Assembly (NCBI RefSeq): GCF_034933565.1
Contig: NZ_JAYFNG010000013.1
Coordinates: 6,863 to 70,862 of the forward strand
Origin: Raineyella sp.
GTDB lineage: Bacteria; Actinomycetota; Actinomycetes; Propionibacteriales; Propionibacteriaceae
Direction of reading: 5' to 3'
DNA length: 64,000 bases
Each line of letters starts with the position of its first letter. Within the stretch, counting starts at the first letter, position 1. This document shows positions 57,562 to 64,000 of this stretch, one piece after another. The position numbers and the translations under genes are program-made. Below the pieces are notes generated by a model, which was not told where the DNA came from, did no database searches, and worked only from the letters and a program-made list of their open reading frames with translations.

Positions 57562-57665
57562 CTAACAACAGACCCCGCAAGACCCTCGGCTGGAAAGCCC
57601 CGGCCGAGGTGTTCAACGAGCAGCTACGCTCACTTCAACAACCCCGTGTTGCACCGACCGGTTGA
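57562..57665 (+). pseudogene. IS30-family transposase C-terminal remnant, part 2
   Basis: The translation is NNRPRKTLGWKAPAEVFNEQLRSLQQPRVAPTG followed by a stop. It continues part 1 across the IS1380 insertion. Confidence 0.7.
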
Positions 57666-57711
57666 ACTCGCCCGATGACCGCATGTCAGATTGATTTCAA
57701 GTAGGAGATAC

Positions 57712-58089
57712 ATGCTGGTGCAGCCTGTAGAAGATTACATCGAAACAAGAGGAACAAATGTTCCCATAAAGGCATTGGGTAAAGAAAGGAAATATGAAGT
57801 CATCATAGAATCAAAGTCGATATTCGGCAGGACATCTTTCTGTATTATTGATGACATGTTCCCAAATTTTCCGATGGAGTGGCCTGGGAAACTCTTTCGA
57901 ACTGTAGATCAAAGGAGGGACGGTTGGGCGACGAGCAGGCATGTTCCAGGCTTCTCCGGAACTGTTTCATGCAAAGTGGAACTACTGCGTATCCTGAAGA
58001 AGGACCGTGGATACTTTGAACATCTGGTGGACGGTGAAAGTGAAGCGGTTGCGAAGTTTAAGGAGATATTTCCGAATAAAATTGGCTGA
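57712..58089 (+). CDS. hypothetical protein in the lowest-G+C segment (possible orphan immunity protein)
   Basis: An AGGAG RBS precedes it. The 125-aa product reads MLVQPVEDYIETRGTNVPIKALGKERKYEVIIESKSIFGRTSF. I recognise no motif. Confidence 0.55.
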   Translation: MLVQPVEDYIETRGTNVPIKALGKERKYEVIIESKSIFGRTSFCIIDDMFPNFPMEWPGKLFRTVDQRRDGWATSRHVPGFSGTVSCKVELLRILKKDRGYFEHLVDGESEAVAKFKEIFPNKIG

Positions 58090-58351
58090 TGATTGATGTG
58101 CTGGTGATTAATTCGGCCTTGATGTGGCGAATCTGTGGATCGTTGGGTGTGGCTTCCGGAGGGTGCGACGGATTCCTGGCGAGGTTGCGGCGCGAGTGAC
58201 AGCCTCCTGTCGGGTTGTACTGGTCGAAGCGACCGTCCAGCGGTGGCGTTCTTTTTTTCGCCAGGCTTTCCGATGCACCGATCATCAGATATGGGTCAAC
58301 CGAATGGGGTGCTCCTATGAGTGGCCCACTCATTTCAGAGGAAGTTGGAGA

Positions 58352-58984
58352 ATGCAGCAGAGACAGAACGGATCCGATCTGCGGGCGATTGCAGTTCCAG
58401 TGGCCCTTGCGGTCACAGGGATCGTCTTCGGAGCGCTCACCTCGGCGATCAACCATGGTTTCGGCCCGGGCCAAGAATATGTATCGAAAGTCTTGGGGTC
58501 CGCTTGGTGCTGGCTGCTCGCAGCATATGCAGCCTGTCTGACCGGCCGGAATTTCCGGATGTCCGTTCGCCGCGGCCTGGCCTTCCTGATCCCCGCCATC
58601 CTCGCCTACGAGATCGGCGATCTCGTAGGCGGCTCTTACGACACGGCGCTTCCGGGGCTGCCTCGTCAGTTCGACCTGCTCAACTTCACCATCTGGACCG
58701 CCTACTACATCATCCTCAGCCTCATCACGGCGGTGGTGCTGTCTACGATCCTCGTCGCCACCCGATCGGGCGGCCTCGTCGGCTTCTTCGGCACCATCGT
58801 GGTGCCGGGCCTGGTCGCCTACCTCGCCCTGGACACCTACCGAGGGCTGATCGTCCAGCCCGGGTTCGACCCGATCGGCCAGGTCGTCAACCTGACCGCG
58901 GGCACAGTGGCGGCAGTGGTCACCGGCGCAGTGGGACTGATTGCCCTGATACGGTCCCTGACCCGGCGTGCCGGCATCAACTGA
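58352..58984 (+). CDS. hypothetical integral membrane protein (5-6 predicted TM segments)
   Basis: The 210-aa product reads MQQRQNGSDLRAIAVPVALAVTGIVFGAL...WCWLLAAYAACL...LAFLIPAILAYEIGDL. A GAGGAAG RBS precedes it. Confidence 0.6.
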   Translation: MQQRQNGSDLRAIAVPVALAVTGIVFGALTSAINHGFGPGQEYVSKVLGSAWCWLLAAYAACLTGRNFRMSVRRGLAFLIPAILAYEIGDLVGGSYDTALPGLPRQFDLLNFTIWTAYYIILSLITAVVLSTILVATRSGGLVGFFGTIVVPGLVAYLALDTYRGLIVQPGFDPIGQVVNLTAGTVAAVVTGAVGLIALIRSLTRRAGIN

Positions 58985-59116
58985 TCACGGCCAGGATCTC
59001 CAGGTCCCGGGGGCGCTCAGGTTCGCTCGTCGGCTCCGAGCGGGGAGCTCGCGTACGCCCCCGGCGGCGCATCTCCTGAGACGGTGCGCCACCGGGGCAG
59101 CACCGAGGCAGAGGGG

Positions 59117-60316
59117 CTACTCCTGCCCGGCGGCGGTCCCGGCGTCAGCTTCGCCGGTCCAGGCGGCCGGGGCGTACGCGCAGGTCGGGTCGGAGGCGAG
59201 CGGGTCACCCAGCATCGCGTAGGCACGCGCCCGCGAGCCGCCGCAGATCCAGTTGAACTCGCACACCCCGCACTTGCCGGCGTATTCCGACGGCCTGCGC
59301 AGCGCCTGCATCATCGGCGCCTCGGCATAGATCTTGTGGAACGGCCGGTCGCGTACGTTGCCGCAGTCGAACGGGAGGAAGCCGCTCGGGTACACGTCAC
59401 CGATGTGGTCGATGAAGGCGAAGCCGTTGCCGGAGTTCACCCCGATGGCGGGGCGGGGCGGTCGGCGGTCACCGCCGGCGCCGAGCAGTTCGACGGTGCG
59501 CTCCATCAGCCGCGCGTGCAGCGGGCCGGTCGCCGGGAGCGGTAGGCCCGCCTCGAGCGCGTCGTCACGCTGGATGGCGACCCGCCGATAGGTCTGCCCC
59601 TCGGTGGTCTTGATCGCGATCCGGTCGGAGATGTCGTGCAGCCAGTGCATGACGTCCTCCATCTCCGCGGGGGAGAGACCCTCGAGGTCGGAGCCCCGCC
59701 CCATCGGCACCAGGAAGAGCAGGTACCACAGGTGCGCCCCCATGTCCATCACGGTCCGGACGATCTCGGGCAGTTCGTGCAGGTTGTTGCGGCAGATCGT
59801 CGTGTTCACCTGGAACCGGAAGCCGTGCCTGACCACCAGCTTCGCCGCCTCGACCGTCGCGTCGAAGGTGCCGTCGATGCCGCGGAACGCGTCGTGGGTC
59901 GCCGCGGTCGCGCCGTCCAGGGACAGCGAGAAGGCCTTGACCCCGGCCCGGCGGACCGAAGCCAGCCGCTCGTCGGTCAGCAACGGCGTGACCGAGGGGG
60001 ACAGGGCGATCGGCAGGCCGATGGAGGTGCCGTACGCGATGAGTTCCTCGAGATCGGGGCGTTCGAACGCGTCGCCACCCGACAGGATGACGATCGGTCG
60101 CGGCGTCCCGTAGGCGGCGAAATCGTCCAGCAACGCCTTGCCCTCGGCCGTCGTCAACTGGCGAGGATCGGGTCGGGGGAAGGCGTCCGCCCGGCAGTGC
60201 CGACAGGCGAGCTGGCAGGCCCGGGTCACCTCCCAGACCAGGACGTGGGGTCGCTCCCCGGCATCGTGGTGGAGCGTCCGGACGACGCCCGGATGTGCGG
60301 CCGTGTGCATCGACAT
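59117..60316 (-). CDS. radical SAM/SPASM domain protein
   Basis: The radical SAM cluster motif is CQLACRHC (CxxxCxxC), and GGDAFERPD is also present. The C-terminal SPASM Cys cluster is GKCGVCEFNWICGGSRARAY. Confidence 0.9.
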   Translation of the reverse strand: MSMHTAAHPGVVRTLHHDAGERPHVLVWEVTRACQLACRHCRADAFPRPDPRQLTTAEGKALLDDFAAYGTPRPIVILSGGDAFERPDLEELIAYGTSIGLPIALSPSVTPLLTDERLASVRRAGVKAFSLSLDGATAATHDAFRGIDGTFDATVEAAKLVVRHGFRFQVNTTICRNNLHELPEIVRTVMDMGAHLWYLLFLVPMGRGSDLEGLSPAEMEDVMHWLHDISDRIAIKTTEGQTYRRVAIQRDDALEAGLPLPATGPLHARLMERTVELLGAGGDRRPPRPAIGVNSGNGFAFIDHIGDVYPSGFLPFDCGNVRDRPFHKIYAEAPMMQALRRPSEYAGKCGVCEFNWICGGSRARAYAMLGDPLASDPTCAYAPAAWTGEADAGTAAGQE

Positions 60317-60376
60317 ACGACTACGGTACAGGTAGTACGTCGTCGACCGTCGATGCCGTCCGGGCCGGCGCGGGTG

Positions 60377-60865
60377 TCAGCCGTCCAGGTCGTGCAGCGG
60401 TTCGTGCGCGGCGGAGATCCGCTCCGGCACGTGCGGCTCGGGCCGGGGGATGGGCTTCATTCGGTGCGGGATCCGGTCCCGGGCGTAGGTGATGTCGGAG
60501 TAACCGTGCTCCAGTGGCCGGCCCTGGTCGTCCAGGGAAACCATCACGATCTTGTCGACGGTGATGATCGATTCGCGCGTCACCATGTTGCGGACGTTGC
60601 AGCGCAGCGTCAGGGAGGTCCGCCCGAACTTCACCGGGAAGATCCCCAGCTCGATGATGTCGCCCTGCCACGCCGACGACACGAAGTTGATCTCGGACAT
60701 GTACTTGGTCACGACGCGCTCATTGCCCAGCTGGACGATCGAGTAGAGCGCCACCTGCTCGTCGATCCAGGAGAGCAGATGCCCCCCGAAGAGCGTCCCG
60801 TTCGCATTCAGATTCTCGGGTCGCACCCACAGTCGGGAGTGATAACGCATCCGCGGCTCGTCCAT
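60377..60865 (-). CDS. acyl-CoA thioesterase (hotdog fold, YciA-like)
   Basis: The product contains VRPENLNANGTLFGGHLLSWIDEQVALYSIV. Confidence 0.88.
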   Translation of the reverse strand: MDEPRMRYHSRLWVRPENLNANGTLFGGHLLSWIDEQVALYSIVQLGNERVVTKYMSEINFVSSAWQGDIIELGIFPVKFGRTSLTLRCNVRNMVTRESIITVDKIVMVSLDDQGRPLEHGYSDITYARDRIPHRMKPIPRPEPHVPERISAAHEPLHDLDG

Positions 60866-60931
60866 GACCCACAGTCTAGGGACGCGCCGACCGGCTCACC
60901 TCCGGTGGACCATCCCCCTGCAGGGCGCCAC

Positions 60932-60976
60932 GCCGTGTCAGCCCACGCCGGGTCAGGCTGTGCGGCCGGGTCAGGC
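60932..60976. repeat. three direct copies of the Cof-HAD gene 3' end with its stop
   Basis: GCCGGGTCAGGC occurs at 60947-60958 and at 60965-60976; the latter holds the real stop, TCA at 60971-60973. A degenerate copy, GCCGTGTCAGCC, is at 60932-60943. Confidence 0.85.
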
Positions 60977-61801
60977 GTCGCGGCCGGACCCCGGGAACCA
61001 CTGCAGGATCGTCCGGCCCACCCCGTCGTCGGCGCACGGGTGCGCGACCGCCCGGCCGACCTCGGCGAGCAACGGATGGCGCGGCGGCATCACGTACGCC
61101 CGGCCGGCCCAGCTGAGCATCGCCAGGTCGTTCGGCATGTCACCGAACGCCGCCACCTCCTCGGCGCCGATCCCCAGGGAAGCGCAGTAGCGGGCCAGCA
61201 TCGCGGCCTTGTCCACGCCGCGGGCGCCGACCTCCACCAGCACTCGGTCGCCGGCCGCCACCCCGGCGGTGGACCAGGTCAGGCTCAGCTCGTCGGCGGC
61301 GACCTCACGCAGTGCGGTGAGCAGGTCATCCAGCGGCGTGCGGTAGCTCTGCACCAGCACCTTCAGCACCGGGCCCCCGGCGAGCAGGAGGTCCTCCAAC
61401 GGGGCACACCGATAGCCCGGCGCATCGGGCGGGGAGTCCAGGTAGCCCGGCTCGTAGCCGAACGAGTCGGCCCACTGCAGCCCCAGCGTCGCCCCCGGCA
61501 GCACCTCACGGACATGGGTACCCAGCGCCGAGATCAGCTCGGGGGCGATGTCGACCAGCTCGGTGATCTCACCGGTCGCCGCGTCGTAGCGGATCGCCCC
61601 GTTGCAGCCGATCACCGGGGCACTCGGCAGCTGCAGGTCGACGATCGGCTGCATCCAGGTCGGCGGGCGGCCGGTCGCGAACACGACGTGGACGCCCTCG
61701 TCGAGGGCTGTCCGGACGGCGCGGGCGTTGAGCGCCGAGACCTCGCCGCGCGGGTGCAGGAAGGTGCCGTCGAGGTCGGTCGCGATGAGCCGGGGGATCA
61801 C
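60971..61801 (-). CDS. Cof-type HAD-IIB phosphatase
   Basis: It starts at GTG 61801, with a GTGA overlap onto the upstream stop. It contains LIATDLDGTFLHPRGEVSALNARAV...FATGRPP...AFGDMPNDLAML. Confidence 0.88.
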   Translation of the reverse strand: MIPRLIATDLDGTFLHPRGEVSALNARAVRTALDEGVHVVFATGRPPTWMQPIVDLQLPSAPVIGCNGAIRYDAATGEITELVDIAPELISALGTHVREVLPGATLGLQWADSFGYEPGYLDSPPDAPGYRCAPLEDLLLAGGPVLKVLVQSYRTPLDDLLTALREVAADELSLTWSTAGVAAGDRVLVEVGARGVDKAAMLARYCASLGIGAEEVAAFGDMPNDLAMLSWAGRAYVMPPRHPLLAEVGRAVAHPCADDGVGRTILQWFPGSGRDA

Positions 61802-62694
61802 AGTCTGGACCTTTCGGGGATGCCCGATCCGCTCGCCGTCGGCGACGGTGAGGGCGAGACCGGCGACGGGGACGCCGATGACGGCGACGGTGAGGCCGAC
61901 CGGGGGGACGGCGACGGAGTGGGGGTCGGGGACGCTGAGGAGGGGGACGGCGACGCCGACTGTGGCTGGGGTGGCGGAGGCGTCTGCGGCGGTTCGTGGC
62001 GGAACAGCAGGATCGCCACCAGCACCGCGACGGCGGCGACCAGGATCATCAGCAGCCAGGAGACGAACAGTGACAGCCACCCGGCGCGGTCGAACCGCCC
62101 GGGCCAGGGCAGCGGCCACACCGACGTACGCCCCGGCGCGGTGTCATCGGCCCAGGGCAGGCGGTAGTCCGGGCCGGCGGGCGGCGGGCCGGTCGATGGC
62201 AGGACGAGGGCCACGTCGGCCAGGATCGAGGTCGCGAGGGGGAGCTGGTCGGCCGTCAGGGCGACCCATGGCGCGTCGGGCTCGGCGTTCGCGACCGGGG
62301 TCTGCATCGCCCGGTGGCGAGAGCTCAGCCGGCCGGTGTCCTGTCCCCACCCGCCCCGGGCGAGGACGAGGTCGACGTGCAGCCGGTCGACGCGCCCGGT
62401 GAACCGGTCCCGGGCCACCCGATCGGCGGCCGCGCCGCGGGACAGCAGCACCAGCACGGCGTCGGGCTCCGCGAGGGGCCCGGTGCCGCGCTCCTCGACG
62501 GCCGGTGTGTCGATGGCCGGTGTGTCGACGGTCGGTACGCCCGGTGCGTCGGCGGAACGGGCGGCGTACGCCACCCCGGCGGGCCCCGCCACCAACCGGG
62601 CGTCCAGCCAGAACCCGTCGACCCGGGGCGGGTCCTCGGGCCGGAGGGGCCGGGCGATCGGCTCGGGGTCGGCGGCTGCAGTCATCGCTCCCAT
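61798..62694 (-). CDS. single-pass membrane protein with degenerate kinase-like N-terminus and Ser/Pro-rich C-terminal tail
   Basis: The TM segment is WLSLFVSWLLMILVAAVAVLVAILLF, followed by PPQTPPPPQPQSASPSPSSASPTPTPSPSP.... The N-terminus resembles a protein-kinase N-lobe (GFWLDARLVAGPAGVAYAA), but I see no VAxK lysine. Confidence 0.6.
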   Translation of the reverse strand: MGAMTAAADPEPIARPLRPEDPPRVDGFWLDARLVAGPAGVAYAARSADAPGVPTVDTPAIDTPAVEERGTGPLAEPDAVLVLLSRGAAADRVARDRFTGRVDRLHVDLVLARGGWGQDTGRLSSRHRAMQTPVANAEPDAPWVALTADQLPLATSILADVALVLPSTGPPPAGPDYRLPWADDTAPGRTSVWPLPWPGRFDRAGWLSLFVSWLLMILVAAVAVLVAILLFRHEPPQTPPPPQPQSASPSPSSASPTPTPSPSPRSASPSPSSASPSPVSPSPSPTASGSGIPERSRL

Positions 62695-62900
62695 CTCACC
62701 ACACCCCACCAAGGCCAAGAGCGGCGTGGTCGAGGCCGAAGGGGGCACGCCCTGGAGCCGAGGGGGCGTTCGGTCCAAATCAGAATCAGGATCGTCACGC
62801 TGAGGGCACGCCCTGGAGCCGAGGGGTCGTTTGAGTGGTGGCCGATGATGGACGTGCGGTCTGCGAGGATGGTCCGGATCGCAGGACGGGAGGGGCAGAG

Positions 62901-63959
62901 GTGGACAACCAGGAGGCGGCCCGACTGATCGACATGGCCCTGACGCAGGTGCGTCGGGTCATCGTCGGCCAGGAGCACATGGTGGAGCGGCTGATGGTCG
63001 CCCTGCTCGCCCGCGGACACTGTCTCCTGGAGGGGGTGCCCGGCACGGCCAAGACCCTGGCCGTACGGACCTTCGCCACCGTCGTGGGCGGTGATTTCGC
63101 CCGGGTGCAGTTCACCCCCGACCTGGTGCCCTCCGACATCGTCGGCACCCGCATCTACAAGCAGTCCCAGGAGGGCTTCGACGTCGAGCTGGGGCCGATC
63201 TTCGTGAACTTCCTGCTCGCCGACGAGATCAACCGGGCCCCGGCCAAGGTGCAGTCGGCGATGCTCGAGGTGATGGCCGAGCGGCAGGTGTCCATCGGCG
63301 GCACGACGTACCCGGCCCCCTCCCCGTACATCGTCATCGCCACCCAGAACCCGATCGAGTCCGAGGGCGTCTACCCGCTGCCCGAGGCGCAGCGGGACCG
63401 GTTCCTGCTCAAGGTGGACGTCCCGTACCCGCACGGGGACGAGGAGTTCGAGATCCTGCGCCGGATGAGTGTCGACGTCCCGGTGGCCGAGCCGGTGCTG
63501 GACAACGCCTCCGTGCTCGCGCTGCAGGAGCGGACCAACCACGTCTTCGTGCACCAGCTGGTCGCCGAGTACATCGTCCGGCTGGTGCTGGCGACCCGGG
63601 CGCCGGCCGACTTCGGGATGCCGGATCTGGCCGACGTGATCGCCATCGGCTGTTCGCCGCGTGCCACCCTCGGCCTGGTGGGCGCGTCCCGCGCCCTCGC
63701 CCTGATCAACGGTCGCGACTACGTGCTGCCCGCCGACGTGCAGGCCATCGCCCGCGACGTGATGTCCCATCGTCTCCAGCTGGGGTTCGACGCCGTCGCC
63801 GACAACATCGACCCGGTCGAGGTGATCGACCGCGTCGTGGCGATGGTGCCGGCCCCGACTCCGGTGTGGAACCAGCCCGCCCAGCCGGCCCCGACGACCC
63901 AGCCGGCCCCGCCCGTCGCGGCGCCGGCACCGTACCCGCAACCGGAGTTCCATGGTTGA
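62901..63959 (+). CDS. MoxR-family AAA+ ATPase
   Basis: It starts at GTG 62901 and contains VIVGQEHMVERLMVALLARGHCLLEGVPGTAKTL...LLADEINRAPAKVQSAMLEVMAERQV. A Pro-rich tail follows. Confidence 0.93.
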   Translation: MDNQEAARLIDMALTQVRRVIVGQEHMVERLMVALLARGHCLLEGVPGTAKTLAVRTFATVVGGDFARVQFTPDLVPSDIVGTRIYKQSQEGFDVELGPIFVNFLLADEINRAPAKVQSAMLEVMAERQVSIGGTTYPAPSPYIVIATQNPIESEGVYPLPEAQRDRFLLKVDVPYPHGDEEFEILRRMSVDVPVAEPVLDNASVLALQERTNHVFVHQLVAEYIVRLVLATRAPADFGMPDLADVIAIGCSPRATLGLVGASRALALINGRDYVLPADVQAIARDVMSHRLQLGFDAVADNIDPVEVIDRVVAMVPAPTPVWNQPAQPAPTTQPAPPVAAPAPYPQPEFHG

Positions 63960-64000
63960 CGGCCCCGCCTCCTCACTGGTCCGGCCCCCGGACCGACCGA
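63952..64000 (+). CDS. start of next gene (probably the DUF58 partner of MoxR), partial
   Basis: The ATG overlaps the moxR stop (ATGGTTGA). Only 16 codons are visible, and the call rests on the usual moxR-DUF58 gene order. Confidence 0.3.
   Translation, partial: MVDGPASSLVRPPDRP

Noticed and set aside
58058-58474. A 138-aa minus-strand ORF and the 58124 start of the 286-aa plus-strand ORF in the spacer after the AT-rich gene.
   Set aside because: Neither has an RBS or protein-like sequence. The membrane-protein signal starts only at ATG 58352, which has an RBS. The upstream part looks like non-coding or decayed DNA.

Overview
This is a high-G+C actinobacterial chromosome segment, densely coding on both strands. 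The backbone follows the gene order conserved in Actinobacteria: hrcA-dnaJ-rsmE, phoH-ybeY-corC-era, recO/uppS, zur, glyS, dus, dgt and dnaG. It then continues through tRNA-Asn, otsA/otsB and tRNA-Met.

Accessory blocks sit between the backbone genes:
- (i) a NiSOD-like 'HCD' protein with a SodX-like S26 protease, tgt, and a 939-aa FAD/Fe-S 2-hydroxyacid dehydrogenase;
- (ii) argG, a DUF4352 protein, a His-less kinase-like protein with a NarL-type regulator, leuA, hmp and a DinB protein;
- (iii) an lldR-like regulator with a lactate permease and lutABC;
- (iv) znuACB-zur with a clear Zur box;
- (v) a catechol meta-cleavage cluster plus fetB and htrA, inserted between dgt and dnaG;
- (vi) a visibly lower-G+C island directly 3' of tRNA-Met. 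It holds a polymorphic-toxin/immunity remnant, a YD-repeat fragment and nested IS debris: an IS3 remnant fused to an IS30 remnant that is split by an intact IS1380-family element with a 4-bp duplication.

The most interesting observations are:
1. The HCD-motif protein with a His-rich tail, coupled to a cytoplasmic S26 peptidase. This could be a NiSOD-like, protease-matured metalloprotein that is not SodN.
2. Short direct (mostly tandem) duplications that copy the last nucleotides of a CDS, usually including its stop codon. I see these behind at least 12 genes.
3. An identical TGGTCTGACCA operator in four copies, linking the lactate locus to the distant FAD/Fe-S dehydrogenase.
4. A candidate leaderless Leu-rich leader peptide and RBS-sequestering attenuator upstream of leuA.

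All calls come from reading translated ORFs and the sequence by eye. No database searches were run.
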